Origin: Deltaproteobacteria bacterium
Lineage (GTDB): Bacteria; Desulfobacterota; GWC2-55-46; DRQE01
Direction of reading: 5' to 3'
Assembly (NCBI GenBank): GCA_016219105.1
Contig: JACRCI010000115.1
Coordinates: 1 to 55,128, forward strand
Length of the DNA stretch: 55,128 bases
In this document: piece by piece, positions 1 to 11,781 of the stretch
Layout of the letters: every line of letters begins with the position of its first letter
Numbering within the stretch: position 1 is the first letter of the stretch
The notes under the pieces: generated by a model
The model's input: the letters and a program-made list of their open reading frames with translations, nothing else
Database searches by the model: none
What the model was told of the DNA's origin: nothing
Program-made: the position numbers and the translations under genes

Positions 1-34
1 AGACAAAGGGTCTTTGTGTCTTTTCCTCGGCCTT

Positions 35-826
35 TTATGCCCCCAGACTTCGGGCAAGCCGGGCGAATTCCTCAACGTTGAGGGTTTCCCCCCTTCTTTG
101 GGGGTCTATGCCGCTCGCAACGAGGGATTCGTCTATCCGCGACTGCGGCATACGCAGGGTTTTAAGGGCATTGGCGAGCGTTTTCCTTCGCTGGCCGAAC
201 GCGGCGGTTACCACCAGCCTAAAAAACCCCGCTTCTTCCGGAGTGATTGCCGCGCGATCGAGCGGCGTTATCCTAACGACCATTGACGCCACCCTGGGAA
301 CGGGCCGGAACGAATTCGGGGACACGGAGAAGACGCGCCTTACGGCCGCGTAAGCCTGCACGCGCACGGTTATCGCGCCGTAGTCCTTTGTGCCGGGCCG
401 GGCGGCTATCCTTTCCGCCACCTCTTTCTGCAGCATCACAACGATGTCGGAAAGCGACTCTCTTTCCTCCATGAATTTTATGAGTACCGGCCCTGATATA
501 TTGTAGGGGAGGTTTGCGACGACCTTGAGCCTTCCCCGGCGGCCGAGAGCGAGTCCGGCAAAAGACACGTTAAGCGCGTCCGCGTTGATAATCTCAAGGG
601 CCTCCAGGCCGGCGAATCTCTCCCGAAGTCCGGCGCAGAGTTCCCGGTCAATCTCTATGGCGGCCACGCGCGCGCCGGCGTCCAAAAGCGCCCCGGTAAG
701 AGCGCCCTGCCCCGGCCCTATCTCAAGGACATCCTCCCCTTTCCGTATGCCGGCCGCTGAAACTATCTTCCTCAGTATGTTCCCGTCAACGAGAAAGTGC
801 TGGCCGTAGCGTTTCCTGGGATGCAT
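35..826 (-). CDS. rsmA: 16S rRNA (adenine-N6)-dimethyltransferase RsmA/KsgA
   Basis: 263-aa ORF with KRYGQHFL N-terminus and SAM-binding EIGPGQGALT motif typical of the KsgA family. Confidence 0.93.
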   Translation of the reverse strand: MHPRKRYGQHFLVDGNILRKIVSAAGIRKGEDVLEIGPGQGALTGALLDAGARVAAIEIDRELCAGLRERFAGLEALEIINADALNVSFAGLALGRRGRLKVVANLPYNISGPVLIKFMEERESLSDIVVMLQKEVAERIAARPGTKDYGAITVRVQAYAAVRRVFSVSPNSFRPVPRVASMVVRITPLDRAAITPEEAGFFRLVVTAAFGQRRKTLANALKTLRMPQSRIDESLVASGIDPQRRGETLNVEEFARLARSLGA

Positions 827-835
827 AAAAAGGCC

Positions 836-1864
836 TTATTCTTTCCATGAGGCAATGGCGTCCGTGGAAAGGCCGTCGGAAAAACCCTTCTTCAGGCTAT
901 GGTAGGCGCAGGCCGCGACCGTGGCGCCGTTGTCCGTGCAAAAATGCGCCGGGGGTATGAAGAGCTTTATGCCGCCTTTGGGCGCGGCGTCTCCAAGCCT
1001 CTCTCTGAGCCTCGAATTGCATGCGACCCCGCCGGCCAGGACGAGGCTGCCGACGCCCGTTGAGGCAACCGCCCGCATGGCCTTTTCAATTAGAACGTCC
1101 ACGACCGCCTCCTGGAAACTCGCGGCAACGTCCCTCACGGCCGCTGGAGAAAGCCCATGGTCCGCGGCCGTGTCCAATCCCCTTACGTGGTTAAGCACCG
1201 CTGTCTTAAGCCCGCTGAAACTGAACTCAAGGCTTCCCCTTTCCAGATAGGGCCGGGTGAAATTCACACGCCGGGGGTCGCCCTCCCTTGAAAGCCTGTC
1301 TATCTCAACCCCTCCCGGATAGCCCAGGCCGAGGAGTTTAGCCACCTTATCGAACGCCTCTCCGGCGGCGTCGTCACGGGTCTGTCCGAGCACGGTAAAC
1401 CGCGTGAACCCCTCGACTAAAAACAGCGCCGTGTGCCCTCCTGATACGACGAGGGAAACAAACGGGAACGCGGGCGTCTCCTTCTCCTCCCCTTTCTCCC
1501 TTAAAAAAGCGGCGAGCTGGTGCGCCTCGATGTGGTTTACCCCGACGAATGGTTTTCCCCTGGCGTAAGAAACCGCCTTCGCGAAGGTAAGCCCGATGAG
1601 GATAGACCCCACCAGGCCGGGCCCGCGGGTGGCGCCGTAGGCGTCTATCTCGTCAACCCCAACGCCGGCCCTTTCGAGGGCCTCCTCGACCACCGGGATT
1701 ATCACCTCGATGTGGCGGCGCGAGGCAAGCTCCGGCACTATTCCGCCCCATCTCGCGTGGAGGGAATCCTGCGAGGCGACGACGGTGGAGAGCACTTCAT
1801 TGCCGTCTTTTACGACCGCGGCCGCCGTATCGTCGCATGATGATTCTATACCGAGAACGAGCAT
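836..1864 (-). CDS. tsaD: tRNA N6-adenosine threonylcarbamoyltransferase TsaD (Kae1/Gcp family)
   Basis: MLVLGIESSCDDTAAAVV N-terminus, NHIEAH and GGVACN motifs. ATG at 1864 follows a GGTGAGAGG RBS; the ORF-track start at 1882 is an upstream alternative. Confidence 0.93.
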   Translation of the reverse strand: MLVLGIESSCDDTAAAVVKDGNEVLSTVVASQDSLHARWGGIVPELASRRHIEVIIPVVEEALERAGVGVDEIDAYGATRGPGLVGSILIGLTFAKAVSYARGKPFVGVNHIEAHQLAAFLREKGEEKETPAFPFVSLVVSGGHTALFLVEGFTRFTVLGQTRDDAAGEAFDKVAKLLGLGYPGGVEIDRLSREGDPRRVNFTRPYLERGSLEFSFSGLKTAVLNHVRGLDTAADHGLSPAAVRDVAASFQEAVVDVLIEKAMRAVASTGVGSLVLAGGVACNSRLRERLGDAAPKGGIKLFIPPAHFCTDNGATVAACAYHSLKKGFSDGLSTDAIASWKE

Positions 1865-1868
1865 CCTC

Positions 1869-2996
1869 TCACCCCTTCGCAATCTTCGATACGGCCTTCA
1901 AAAACGCACTGATGTCTTCGTGTGTGTTGAAATATCCGGGGCTTACCCTTATCGCTCCGTGGGGGTAAGTGCCGGCCGAGACGTGCGCGTCAGGGGCGCA
2001 GTGCGTGCCGCACCTGACCATTATCGAAAATTCACGGTCGAGCCTCACGCCGACGTCCACCGCGCTTTTGCCCTCCATGTTGAAAGATACGAGCGACACC
2101 CTCGATTCAGGCTCGGGCGGGCCGAGGATGACCGCGCCCCTTATACCGCCAAGCCCGTCCATAAGCTCTTTTATAAGGGCCTTCTCATGTTCCCTTATTT
2201 TAGAAACGCCCTCCTTCAGGATAAACTCGACTCCGACGGCAAGCCCGCCCACGCCCGGGGTGTTCATGGTGCCGGTCTCAAGCCTGTCTGGTATCTCGAG
2301 GACGTCATCGCCCTCGCCCGTGCCGCCGTCAATAAGCGCGGGCGGCTCCAGCCCCTCTTTGATATACAGAAATCCCGTGCCCTGGGGCCCGAAAAGCGAT
2401 TTATGGCCCGTTGCGGCGAGTATGCCTATATCCATCCCCTCCACGTCAACCGGTATGGAGCCGACGCTCTGCGCGCCGTCAACCATGAAGGGTATGCCCT
2501 TTTTCCTCAAAAGCGCCCCTATCTCGGAGACCGGCTCTATCGTCCCAAAGACGTTCGATGCGTGGACGATTGCGACGAGTCTTGTTTTCCCGGTCAGTGC
2601 CTTTTCGATATCCCGCGGCTCGATTAAATCGGGCCTGCGGCCCCGCACCTTCGTAACCTTAACCCCGCCTGCCTCAAGCCTCCTCAATGTCCTTACGACC
2701 GAGTTATGCTCAAACGCCGTGGTCACGACGTGGTCCCCTGGTCCAAGGAGTCCCTTTAAAGCGACGTTAATCGCCTCTGTCGCGTTCTTCGTGAATACGA
2801 CGCGCGACGAATCCCGGACATTGAGGAGTTTTGCCACGGACTCTCGCGCGCGGAATATGACGCGCGCGGCCTCTACCGAAAGCCTGTGCCCCGACCTTCC
2901 GGGATTGCCGCCGACCTTTCTCAACACATCCTCCACCCCGGCGTAGACGCATTCGGGCTTCGGATAGGAAGTCGCGGCATTGTCGAGGTATATCAT
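1869..2996 (-). CDS. class V aminotransferase / cysteine desulfurase family protein
   Basis: MIYLDNAATSYPKP N-terminus and PLP-lysine context ATGHKSLFGPQGTGFLY. Start placed at ATG 2996; the ORF-track start 3017 is TTG. Confidence 0.85.
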   Translation of the reverse strand: MIYLDNAATSYPKPECVYAGVEDVLRKVGGNPGRSGHRLSVEAARVIFRARESVAKLLNVRDSSRVVFTKNATEAINVALKGLLGPGDHVVTTAFEHNSVVRTLRRLEAGGVKVTKVRGRRPDLIEPRDIEKALTGKTRLVAIVHASNVFGTIEPVSEIGALLRKKGIPFMVDGAQSVGSIPVDVEGMDIGILAATGHKSLFGPQGTGFLYIKEGLEPPALIDGGTGEGDDVLEIPDRLETGTMNTPGVGGLAVGVEFILKEGVSKIREHEKALIKELMDGLGGIRGAVILGPPEPESRVSLVSFNMEGKSAVDVGVRLDREFSIMVRCGTHCAPDAHVSAGTYPHGAIRVSPGYFNTHEDISAFLKAVSKIAKG

Positions 2997-3051
2997 GCGG
3001 TTATGGTAACATCTCAAGGGGGATTATGCAAACGCCGGAATGACTCCGGCG

Positions 3052-5262
3052 TCAGGGCCGGGCGGCGCCGAGGAGTTTAATCAACTCGTTGGCCGGCACT
3101 CCGGCCTCGATGGTAACCGGCTCTTTGCAGGCGCCTTCGGCGCAAACATAGACCGCAGTCTTATTGTCAATGGATTTAAAGGCCTCGATGCCGCGCACGA
3201 TGCGCTTCAGAGAAGACAGACGAGGCCGGCTATCAGGTATATCTTTATCCTCGGGCTTCAAGACAACGGTCGTGTGCGGGATGAACTCCGCACGCAGCGC
3301 CGCGAGCACGCGGCGGGTGGAGTCCTTCGTCGAGTCCCCGGCGACCACCACGTGATAGGACGGGCCGAGCCGGAAATCAACGGCGCTCAGAAACCGGGTA
3401 TGCCCCGCGGGGTACCGGCATAGATTGCCGGAAAATATGCGCACCGCGGCTTCGGCCATCTGCGCGGGCACGCTGTCTCCGGTAATGGCCGAAAGGCGCA
3501 GACAGTTCATAACGGCGACCGAATTTCCCGAAGGGAGCGCGCCGTCCATGCTCTCCTTCTGACGGAACGGCAGCGCGCTTAAGCCTTCGGATTCGGCGGT
3601 AAAGAAAAACCCGCCTGGTCCGGCGTCCCAGAAGCGTTTTGTCATAACCCCGTTCAGCTCAAGCGCCCTCTCCAGATAGACCTCTTCAAACGTCGCCTCA
3701 TAGAGCTCGATGAGGCCGTGGATAAAAAAGGCGTAGTCGTTGAGGTTCCCTTCCACCGCGGCCTCGCCGGTCTGCCAACCGGCCTCGCCGGCCCGCCAGC
3801 AATGGAGGAGTCTGTTTTCAACAAGGAGATTTCTGAGGATAAAATCCGCCGCGCTTGAAGCCGCATCGAGGAAAAGCCCTTCCTCAAAGACAGCCCCCGC
3901 CTTTGCCAGCGAGGCTATCGTAAGCCCGTTCCAGTCGGTGAGTATCTTGTCGTCCCTGAACGGCCTTGCCCTCCCCTGCCTGTACGAAAAAAGTTTCCGC
4001 CTGATTGCCTCCAGCCTCCGTTCAAACTCTTCCGTGGACACGCCTGACTCCATCGCGAGCGAGGCCGGGGGTTTGGCGAGATAGAGGATGTTGTTGCCGC
4101 GCCTCGCCCCGCCTTCGGCCTCGCCGGCCAACCAGCCGACCTCGACGGAGAGGTTGCCCTCTCTGCGCACGTTGAACGCCTTTATTGCAAAATCGGCCAG
4201 GCCTCCGGCGGCCTCGATAATTTCTTTTTCGCCCCAGAGGTAAAAGCTGCCTTCCACGCCTTCGCTGTCGGCGTCCTCGGCCGAATAAAAACCTCCGCCG
4301 GGAGAGGTCATGTCCCTCAGCACGTACGACAGTATCTCGCGGGCGGTCCTGGCATAAAACTCCTTTCGGGTGGCCTGATACGCCTCGATATACGCATCCG
4401 CGAGGAGCGCCTGATCGTAGAGCATCTTTTCGAAATGCGGCACGCGCCACGCCCTGTCCGTGGAATAACGGTGGAAACCGAACCCCACGTGGTCGTATAT
4501 GCCGCCGAGGCGCATGGAGGTAAGGGTCGTCTCCGCCATCTTTAGCGCCGCGGAGTTCCCTGTGCGCATCCAGTAGCGCAGGAGGAACGTCACGTTGTGC
4601 GGGACAGGGAACTTCGGGGCCTGACCAAACCCGCCGTGGACCGCGTCGAAATTCTCCGTGAGTTCCCCGTACGCGGCGCTTATCGTGATAGCGCCGGGCA
4701 GCATTCCCGGCGAAAGGTCACCTGCCCCTTTCCTGAGCATGGAGGATACCTTATCGGCGGATTTAATGACGTCGCCCCTGCGCCGAATCCACAAATCCTT
4801 CATTCCGCGCAGGAGTTCGATGATGCCCGGCCTGCCGTAGAGGCTCTCCTTCGGGATGTAGGTCGCGGCGAAAAACGGCTTTTTATCCGGGGTCATAAGG
4901 ATGTTGAGCGGCCAGCCGGCGGTGCCTGTCAGCAGCTCGGAGGCCGCGACACAGATAGAGTCCACGTCCGGCCTTTCCTCCCTGTCCACCTTCACGGGGA
5001 TGAACGCCTCATTCAAGATGCCGGCGACCTCATGGTCGTTATAGGACTCCTCCTCCATCACATGGCACCAGTGGCAGGCCGAATACCCAGAGGAAATGAA
5101 TACGGGCTTGTCCTCCATCCTGGCCCTGTCGAAGGCCTCGTCGCTCCACGGGTGCCAGTCAACCGGGTTGCGGGCGTGCCGCAGGAGATAGGGGCTTTTT
5201 TCCATGATGAGCCTGTTTGTTTTTCCCCTGGTGCCGCTTCCATTCATTGCCGTTGCCTCCAT
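3052..5262 (-). CDS. thioredoxin-domain (DUF255) protein, YyaL-like
   Basis: 736-aa ORF. N-terminal [19 protein letters not shown] and SACHWCHVM motifs, followed by a long alpha-toroid-like region. Confidence 0.85.
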   Translation of the reverse strand: MEATAMNGSGTRGKTNRLIMEKSPYLLRHARNPVDWHPWSDEAFDRARMEDKPVFISSGYSACHWCHVMEEESYNDHEVAGILNEAFIPVKVDREERPDVDSICVAASELLTGTAGWPLNILMTPDKKPFFAATYIPKESLYGRPGIIELLRGMKDLWIRRRGDVIKSADKVSSMLRKGAGDLSPGMLPGAITISAAYGELTENFDAVHGGFGQAPKFPVPHNVTFLLRYWMRTGNSAALKMAETTLTSMRLGGIYDHVGFGFHRYSTDRAWRVPHFEKMLYDQALLADAYIEAYQATRKEFYARTAREILSYVLRDMTSPGGGFYSAEDADSEGVEGSFYLWGEKEIIEAAGGLADFAIKAFNVRREGNLSVEVGWLAGEAEGGARRGNNILYLAKPPASLAMESGVSTEEFERRLEAIRRKLFSYRQGRARPFRDDKILTDWNGLTIASLAKAGAVFEEGLFLDAASSAADFILRNLLVENRLLHCWRAGEAGWQTGEAAVEGNLNDYAFFIHGLIELYEATFEEVYLERALELNGVMTKRFWDAGPGGFFFTAESEGLSALPFRQKESMDGALPSGNSVAVMNCLRLSAITGDSVPAQMAEAAVRIFSGNLCRYPAGHTRFLSAVDFRLGPSYHVVVAGDSTKDSTRRVLAALRAEFIPHTTVVLKPEDKDIPDSRPRLSSLKRIVRGIEAFKSIDNKTAVYVCAEGACKEPVTIEAGVPANELIKLLGAARP
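3761..3800 (-). repeat. degenerate tandem pair related to the dispersed GGCTGGTTGG repeat (in the yyaL-like gene)
   Basis: GCCTCGCCGGTCTGCCAACCG / GCCTCGCCGGCCCGCCAGCA, encoding [12 protein letters not shown]. Confidence 0.5.
4126..4148 (-). repeat. dispersed 23-bp repeat copy (in the yyaL-like gene, sense orientation)
   Basis: Minus strand reads CCGTCGAGGTCGGCTGGTTGGCC, translated as VEVGWLA. Confidence 0.8.
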
Positions 5263-5376
5263 GCTCCTCCATATATTAATAGCGTAAGTTTTACGAAGGA
5301 CAAGGGAAAGGATATCGCGGGGGGAGAAAAAAAGGTTAACGGTTAAACCATTCTTTGACAGGGGCGAGCATTCCGT

Positions 5377-5631
5377 TCATCTATACTTTATTTTAAACGC
5401 GAGGATTATGGATATAAGGAGGAACGTGACCATGTTCGCGAGGATAATCGGCAGGGAATGCATCAATAACCCGTAGGCTATCCAGAAAAGGATGCCCGTC
5501 ATGAGCAGTATGAACATGCCGTATGAAAAATCCCCGGTAGACCGCGTCTTCCACGTCTTCACCACCTGGGGGAAAAAGGATACGGTCGTAAGCGTGCCGC
5601 CGATCAGGCCTATCATGGTTGTCGGGTCCAT
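5377..5631 (-). CDS. SemiSWEET / PQ-loop small membrane transporter
   Basis: 84 aa with three predicted TM helices and a PQ motif (FFPQVVKTWKTRST). Confidence 0.75.
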   Translation of the reverse strand: MDPTTMIGLIGGTLTTVSFFPQVVKTWKTRSTGDFSYGMFILLMTGILFWIAYGLLMHSLPIILANMVTFLLISIILAFKIKYR

Positions 5632-5634
5632 GCC

Positions 5635-7161
5635 TCACTCGACCGCCCTGTCAAGCGTCCTGTACTGCACGGCCTCGGCGATGTGCTGGGGTTCTATCGC
5701 GTCCTTCTCGTCGAGGTCCGCGATGGTCCGGGCCACCTTGAGTATCCGCGTATAGGCCCGCGCCGAGAGGCCGAGCTTTTCAATGGCGGCCTCAATGAGC
5801 CTCATGGATTCGTCGTCAACGCCGCAGTATTTTTTTACCTGCCTTGAGGTCATCCTCGAATTGGAAAATATATTCGTCCCCTTGAACCTCTCCCTCTGGA
5901 TCTTGCGCGCCTTATCCACCCGCGCCTTGATCTCGGAGGAGACCGCGCCGGACCTCTTTTCGCCGAGGTCGCTGAACCTGACCCTCGGCACCTCGCAGTG
6001 GATGTCTATGCGGTCGAGGAGCGGGCCGGAGAGCTTCCCCCTGTAGCGCCGCACCATGAGCGGCGTGCACAGGCATTCCCTGTCCGCATCCCCCATATAG
6101 CCGCAGGGACAGGGGTTCATGGCGGCCACGAGCATGAAATCCGACGGATCTGTTATGGATACCGCGGCCCTCCCTATGGTGACGAAACCGTCCTCGAGCG
6201 GCTGCCTCAAGACCTCGAGCACGTTCCTCCTGAACTCCGCCACCTCGTCGAGGAATAAGACCCCGTTATGCGCGAGGCTCACCTCCCCGGGCCGGGGGAT
6301 CTGGCCGCCGCCTATAAGCCCCGCGTCCGACACGGTATGGTGCGGCGCCCTGAAGGGCCTTCTTACCACAAGCGCCGGCCGGCCGGCAAGCACGCCGGCA
6401 ACGCTGTGTATCTTGGTCGTCTCAATGGCCTCGTCGAGGCTCAGGTCCGGGAGTATCGAGGGAAGCCTCCTCGCTATCATCGTCTTCCCGCTTCCGGGCG
6501 GGCCTATCATGATGACGTTGTGCATGCCCGCGGCGGCGACCTCGACCGCCCTCTTTACGTGCTCCTGCCCCCTCACCTCGCTTAAGTCCGCCGCTGCCTC
6601 GCCGCTTTCCTTGAAAAATGCCTCGATGTCCGCTGTCGCCGGCTCTATGGCCTTTGAGCCGTTCAGGAACTCCACGAGTTCATGAAGCGTCCTTACCCCG
6701 AAGACCTCCACGCCACAGACGAGCGCGGCCTCCGAGGCGTTTTCAACGGGCAGAAGCATCTTTTTCTTCAGTTCCCTCGCCAGAACGGCAACGGGCAGCG
6801 CCCCGCGCACCGCCTTTATCGCGCCGTCGAGGGAAAGCTCCCCGAGGATGAAAAAATCCGCGAGCGCGGCGTTTTTTACAATCCCGCCGGCCTTCAGTAT
6901 CCCGACCGCCACGGGCAGGTCGAAAACCGTGCCTTCTTTTTTAACGTCCGCCGGCGCCAGATTGACGGTGACCCTGCCCGTTGGGAAGGCGTAGCCTGAA
7001 TTCTTTACCGCGGATTTGACCCTTTCCCTGCTCTCCTTTACCGCGTTGTCAGGAAGGCCCACCGTGGAAAACGACGGAAGCCCCCTTGAGGAATCCACCT
7101 CGACCTCAACGGGGAAGGCGTCTATGCCCAGGATGGATGCGCTTAAGACCTTGGCGAGCAT
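5635..7161 (-). CDS. comM: YifB/ComM family Mg-chelatase-like AAA+ ATPase
   Basis: MLAKVLSASILGIDA N-terminus, Walker A GPPGSGKT and a ChlI-like core. ATG at 7161 follows a GGGGGAA RBS. Confidence 0.9.
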   Translation of the reverse strand: MLAKVLSASILGIDAFPVEVEVDSSRGLPSFSTVGLPDNAVKESRERVKSAVKNSGYAFPTGRVTVNLAPADVKKEGTVFDLPVAVGILKAGGIVKNAALADFFILGELSLDGAIKAVRGALPVAVLARELKKKMLLPVENASEAALVCGVEVFGVRTLHELVEFLNGSKAIEPATADIEAFFKESGEAAADLSEVRGQEHVKRAVEVAAAGMHNVIMIGPPGSGKTMIARRLPSILPDLSLDEAIETTKIHSVAGVLAGRPALVVRRPFRAPHHTVSDAGLIGGGQIPRPGEVSLAHNGVLFLDEVAEFRRNVLEVLRQPLEDGFVTIGRAAVSITDPSDFMLVAAMNPCPCGYMGDADRECLCTPLMVRRYRGKLSGPLLDRIDIHCEVPRVRFSDLGEKRSGAVSSEIKARVDKARKIQRERFKGTNIFSNSRMTSRQVKKYCGVDDESMRLIEAAIEKLGLSARAYTRILKVARTIADLDEKDAIEPQHIAEAVQYRTLDRAVE

Positions 7162-7202
7162 TATTTCCCCCCGGCTGAAACTGAGGCGTAACAACCCGCG
7201 CC

Positions 7203-7838
7203 TTAATAAACCTTCGTGGAGGCGAACTCCTGGTTCGGGCCGCCGTTGAGCATCTTTACGACGGAGGTGCCGTCACTGAAATAATCTATAAGGTTGAGGC
7301 ACCCGTAATCCTGCTCGACCTTGAAAAAATTCTCAAGCCCCAGACCCATGGCGTCGCACAGTATCACGCGGTTTACCCCTCCGTGGGCCACGATGCACAC
7401 GTGTTTGCCCATGTGGTCCCGCGTTACTGCGCGCACCGCCGGCAGCACCCTCGCGCCTAACTCGGTTATGCTCTCGCCGCCGGAAAGCCTCTTTTTCCCG
7501 ATGGTACTGAAACTGAAACCGGCGTCCTCGGGATATCTCTCGACGGCCTCCTCCCTGGTAAGCCCCTCCCACCTGCCGAGATGCAGTTCCCTCAGGGCCG
7601 GCAATTGTAAAGGCTTGAGCCGAAGCCCCTCTCCTATTATCGCCGCGCCTTCATACGCCCTTTTCAGGTCGCTCGAATAAACCGCCTTTATGTCCCTCAC
7701 GCTCAGGAAATCCGCGAGCCTGAGCATCTGGGCGCGGCCGAGGTCGGTTATGCCGACGTCGCTCTGCCCGTTATAGCGGAACTCGTGGTGGCCCACCACC
7801 TGCCCGTGGCGCGCCAGATACAGCCGTGTTGCGTCCAT
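7203..7838 (-). CDS. histidine phosphatase family protein (CobC / phosphoglycerate mutase-like)
   Basis: RLYLARHGQ catalytic RHG motif and a second His motif IVAHGG. Start placed at ATG 7838, which avoids overlap with cobO. Confidence 0.8.
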   Translation of the reverse strand: MDATRLYLARHGQVVGHHEFRYNGQSDVGITDLGRAQMLRLADFLSVRDIKAVYSSDLKRAYEGAAIIGEGLRLKPLQLPALRELHLGRWEGLTREEAVERYPEDAGFSFSTIGKKRLSGGESITELGARVLPAVRAVTRDHMGKHVCIVAHGGVNRVILCDAMGLGLENFFKVEQDYGCLNLIDYFSDGTSVVKMLNGGPNQEFASTKVY

Positions 7839-7869
7839 GTATGAACCTGCCCAAAGCCGAACCGCGGGC

Positions 7870-8415
7870 TTAAAATTCAATCCCCTTCCGAGCACCCGTC
7901 CCGCCCGCATAGGGGTGCTTTATGTCCAGAAACTCCGTTACGTAATCCGCCCTCTTTACAAGCTCGGCCGGGGCATTCCTTCCGGTAAGGACTACCTCAA
8001 GCCCCTCGGGGCGAGCGTCTATGAACCCGACCACATCCTCAAGCCCGATAAAACCGCCGTTTATCGCGCCCATTATCTCATCGAGCACGATGATATCAAA
8101 CCCCTCCCCAACGCGCATCCTGGCCAGTTCGAAGGCGTCCCTTACCGACCGCTTTATTGCCTCCATGTCAGCGGCCTTTCCCGTAAACATGGGGTGCCTC
8201 AGGTTTGAACGGACAAGCTCGATGGACGGTATATTTTTCCTGAAGATTTCCTTCTCTCCGGAGGGGTCGTCGTCGAGTTTGAAGAACTGGACAAAGATGA
8301 CCCTGAGGCCGCATCCAGCGGCCCTTACCGCAAGCCCCACGGCCGCGGTCGTCTTGCCCTTTCCGTCCCCGGTATAAACATGAACCATCCCCTTTTTCCA
8401 CCCTTTTTCCTTCAA
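7870..8415 (-). CDS. cobO: cob(I)yrinic acid a,c-diamide adenosyltransferase
   Basis: YTGDGKGKTTAAVGLA P-loop and the C-terminal IKHPY motif of the CobO/BtuR family. Confidence 0.88.
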   Translation of the reverse strand: MKEKGWKKGMVHVYTGDGKGKTTAAVGLAVRAAGCGLRVIFVQFFKLDDDPSGEKEIFRKNIPSIELVRSNLRHPMFTGKAADMEAIKRSVRDAFELARMRVGEGFDIIVLDEIMGAINGGFIGLEDVVGFIDARPEGLEVVLTGRNAPAELVKRADYVTEFLDIKHPYAGGTGARKGIEF

Positions 8416-8418
8416 GGG

Positions 8419-9960
8419 CTAATCCGACGAAAAGGTCTTCAATATCCTGCTCCTTGTGGGGTGGCGGAGTTTCTGCAGGGCGCTTGCCTCTATCTGCCGC
8501 ACCCTCTCGCGCGTCACCTTGAACATCTCGCCTACCTCTTCGAGCGTATAATCGGAGGACTCGCCTATGCCGAACCTCATCCTGAGCACCTTTTCCTCGC
8601 GGGGGGAGAGGGTCTTCAGTATCTGATCGAGCACCGTGACGAAATTTGAATTTATCATCTCGTCCAGGGGGGCCGCGCTTTTCCCGTCGGCTATCAGATC
8701 GCCGAGCTGCGTGCCGTCATCCTCTCCCACCGGGGCCTCCAGCGAGACCGGCTCGCGCGTGGTCTTCATGGCCTTTTTCACCTTCTCGACCGATATGCCC
8801 ATCTTTCCGGCTATCTCCTCGGGCGCGGGCTCCCTCCCCTTTTCCTGCACGAGTTCCTTCGTTACGCGCTGGAGCCTGTTGAGGGTCTCGCTCATGTGCA
8901 CGGGTATGCGGATTATCCGTGACTGGTCCGCTATGGCCCTTGATATGGACTGCCGTATCCACCACGTCGCGTAGGTTGAAAATTTATAGCCCTTCCGGTA
9001 TTCGAATTTTTCCACGGCCCGCATAAGCCCGATGTTGCCTTCCTGTATGAGGTCAAGGAAATGCATGCCGCGGTTGAGGTATCTTTTGGCTATACTCACG
9101 ACGAGCCTCAGATTCCCCTTTACGAGCTTCTCCTTTGCCGACTCGATATCCCTTTTGAGACCCTCGAGCCGTTTCGCGGTCCGCGCGAGTTCCGCCCCCT
9201 TAAGCCCGGTCGCGGCCTCCACGGCGCGTATCCGCCTGCGCAGTTCCCTGACTCTTTTCAGGGAATATTCAAACGCCTTCTTTTTTACATCAATCCCGGC
9301 CTTCTTTTCCTTTTCACGTCCTCTCCCGGCGGGCCTGGCCCTGCCTTCCAGCGCGGACACCTTTTTCCTTAATCCCTTAAGCTCCCCGGCGCTCTCGGCG
9401 AACCTCCGCATGATTCTTACGAACAGGTCCGACTTTTTCCCTATGTCAACGAGCAGTCCGACGAGCCTTTTCTCCCCGGCGTCGCGCGTTTTTCCTCCAC
9501 CGGATGCGTCGCGGAAACGGATGACCTGCCCTATCTCCGAAAGGAGTATCTCCGTCTCATAGTCCTCGCCCTCGTAACATTCCGTGGACTCCCCAACGGC
9601 CTCGGTCCGCCCATCTCTTCTCATGACGATGCCTTTTAAGCTGTCGAGCTCCTCGAAGAGTAACGGGGATGAGAGGAACTCCCTCGCCATCGCCTCCCGG
9701 CCGCCCTCTATCTCCCTTCCGACCGCGGCCTCGCCTTCCTTTGTAAGGAGGGGCGCCGAGCCCATCTCCTTGAAATAACTCCTCACAGAGTCGGCTGAGC
9801 CGGCGCCTTGAGACTCATCGCGGGTCGGGCCGTCCGGCGGCGAAGCGGCGTCCTCAAGCGAAAAATCCTTCGTATTCGCCTCGTTGTAATCGGTCTTCCG
9901 CTCTTGCGGCTCCGGCGGCGTAACGCCGCCGGAGGTGTCCGGATCCGAACGTTTAGCCAT
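8419..9960 (-). CDS. rpoD: RNA polymerase sigma factor RpoD (sigma-70)
   Basis: Regions 2-4 are recognisable ([55 protein letters not shown]). ATG 9960 has a GGAGAGGAG RBS; GTG 10053, overlapping the dnaG stop, is an alternative start. Confidence 0.92.
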   Translation of the reverse strand: MAKRSDPDTSGGVTPPEPQERKTDYNEANTKDFSLEDAASPPDGPTRDESQGAGSADSVRSYFKEMGSAPLLTKEGEAAVGREIEGGREAMAREFLSSPLLFEELDSLKGIVMRRDGRTEAVGESTECYEGEDYETEILLSEIGQVIRFRDASGGGKTRDAGEKRLVGLLVDIGKKSDLFVRIMRRFAESAGELKGLRKKVSALEGRARPAGRGREKEKKAGIDVKKKAFEYSLKRVRELRRRIRAVEAATGLKGAELARTAKRLEGLKRDIESAKEKLVKGNLRLVVSIAKRYLNRGMHFLDLIQEGNIGLMRAVEKFEYRKGYKFSTYATWWIRQSISRAIADQSRIIRIPVHMSETLNRLQRVTKELVQEKGREPAPEEIAGKMGISVEKVKKAMKTTREPVSLEAPVGEDDGTQLGDLIADGKSAAPLDEMINSNFVTVLDQILKTLSPREEKVLRMRFGIGESSDYTLEEVGEMFKVTRERVRQIEASALQKLRHPTRSRILKTFSSD

Positions 9961-10049
9961 TGCCCGCGCTCCTCTCCGTAATTCCGTCCTTACATCCTTT
10001 CGCCGCGGTCTTACCCGGGCCGCCTGCCGGACGACCCTGACGGAGCGGG

Positions 10050-11765
10050 TCACTGCTTCCCTATCCTGCTCAGAATCTTGCGGACGAGTTCCTCATTTCC
10101 GCTCTCTTTGAGCTTTTTAAGGAGTTCGGAAGTGCCCTCCCTGAGTTTACCCCTGCCGGAAATATTTTTCATGCAATCATCGAGCATCCTCTGCGGCGAT
10201 TCGATAAAGCCGCGGTCGTCTTTGAAAAGGGCCTCGGCCACAAAACTCCTTATATCCTCGTCGCCTATGCCATCGAGGAAACCGGACGACCCGGCCCCGC
10301 CGGCCTTAAAAAACCCTTTCACGCATGAGGCGACCTCTTTTAAAAAAGGGTCTTTGAAAGAGGCGAACGCCGCCTCGACTTTTTCTCCATACAGGCCGGG
10401 GTTCTTGAGCACGACCTTCAATAGCACCGTCTCGGCCGTCGCCGCCCCGGATTTCAACGCCGTTTTTTTCAAGGCCTCTGAAGGGAACTTCCCCCCTCCG
10501 GACGCCGCATTCATCGCCGAGTATACGGCCCTTGTGTCAATCCCGAGGTCCGCGGCCGCAACTGCCGCGTAATGCCCCTTTTCGGCGACGTTTGAGACTT
10601 TCACCAGATGCGGTATGGCCTCGTTAAGATACGACGCCTTGCCGCCGGCCGTGGAGATATCGAACCTCCTTTTAAGCTCTTTAAGGAAAAACTCCATGAC
10701 AGGCTCGGCGCGCTTTATGGCCTTTCCCATGCCAGAGGCGCCCTCTTTCCTTAAGAATTCGTCCGGGTCCTTGCCGGACGGCAGAAGCACCACCTTCGCG
10801 GGCATGTCCGCCTCGATGAAGATATCCAGCCCCCTGAGGGCCGCCTTTCTGCCGGCCTCATCCGAATCAAAGAGCGCGTATATTGAACCGGCGTACGGTT
10901 TAAGCCTCCTTATGTGCTCAGGCGTTACGGCCGTGCCCATGGTCGCGACGCTGTTCGTAAAGCCGTGGAGGTGCAGGGCCAGCAGGTCGAAATAGCCCTC
11001 AACCATGATAGCATAACCCTCTTTACTTATCGATTGTTTTGCCTGGTACAGGGCGTAGAGCGTTTCGGCCTTTCTGAACACCGGGGATTCAGGCGAATTG
11101 AGATATTTGGGCTCTCCGTCCCCAATAATCCTCCCGCCGAAGGCGACGACCCTGCCGGAAGGGTCGGTGATGGGGAACATTATCCTGCCCCTGAAACGGT
11201 CGTAATGGCGTTTTTCCTTTCTGCCCAGAAGGCCGGCCTTTTCCGCAAGCCCCATGTCAATCCCTTTTTTCTTGAGATAACCGGCAAGGCCTTCCCATCC
11301 CGCGGGCGCGTACCCGAGCCTGAACCTCGTGACTATCTCCCCCTCGTATCCCCTTTCCTTTAGATAACGCCGCGCCCCGGCGCCGGATGGGCCGCGGAGC
11401 TCTCCCGTGAAATAATCCGTTGCCGCGAGGTTTAACGAGATTATAATCTCCCGTTCGCTTTCGCCCTCTTTTTTCTCCTCGACTATCTTTACCCCGTACC
11501 TTCTGGCCAGCATCCTCGCCGCGTCCGGAAAACTCATGCCCTCGTGCTTGATGAGGAACGTTATGACGCTGCCGCCGGCGTGACAGCCGAAACAATAAAA
11601 TATCTTCTTTTCCCTGTTGACGCTGAAGGAAGGGGTTTTCTCGGAATGGAACGGGCACAGGCCGACGTAGTTTTTGCCCCTGTTTTTAAGGGGCACGTAT
11701 GAGGAAATAACCTCCACGATGTCGGCTCGCTCTCTTATCTCTTCTATCTTTGAAGACGGAATCAT
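10050..11765 (-). CDS. dnaG: DNA primase
   Basis: Zinc-finger motif [18 protein letters not shown] and TOPRIM motif EGYFD. ATG 11765 follows a GGGAGG RBS. Confidence 0.93.
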   Translation of the reverse strand: MIPSSKIEEIRERADIVEVISSYVPLKNRGKNYVGLCPFHSEKTPSFSVNREKKIFYCFGCHAGGSVITFLIKHEGMSFPDAARMLARRYGVKIVEEKKEGESEREIIISLNLAATDYFTGELRGPSGAGARRYLKERGYEGEIVTRFRLGYAPAGWEGLAGYLKKKGIDMGLAEKAGLLGRKEKRHYDRFRGRIMFPITDPSGRVVAFGGRIIGDGEPKYLNSPESPVFRKAETLYALYQAKQSISKEGYAIMVEGYFDLLALHLHGFTNSVATMGTAVTPEHIRRLKPYAGSIYALFDSDEAGRKAALRGLDIFIEADMPAKVVLLPSGKDPDEFLRKEGASGMGKAIKRAEPVMEFFLKELKRRFDISTAGGKASYLNEAIPHLVKVSNVAEKGHYAAVAAADLGIDTRAVYSAMNAASGGGKFPSEALKKTALKSGAATAETVLLKVVLKNPGLYGEKVEAAFASFKDPFLKEVASCVKGFFKAGGAGSSGFLDGIGDEDIRSFVAEALFKDDRGFIESPQRMLDDCMKNISGRGKLREGTSELLKKLKESGNEELVRKILSRIGKQ

Positions 11766-11781
11766 GCCTTGAAGAACCTCC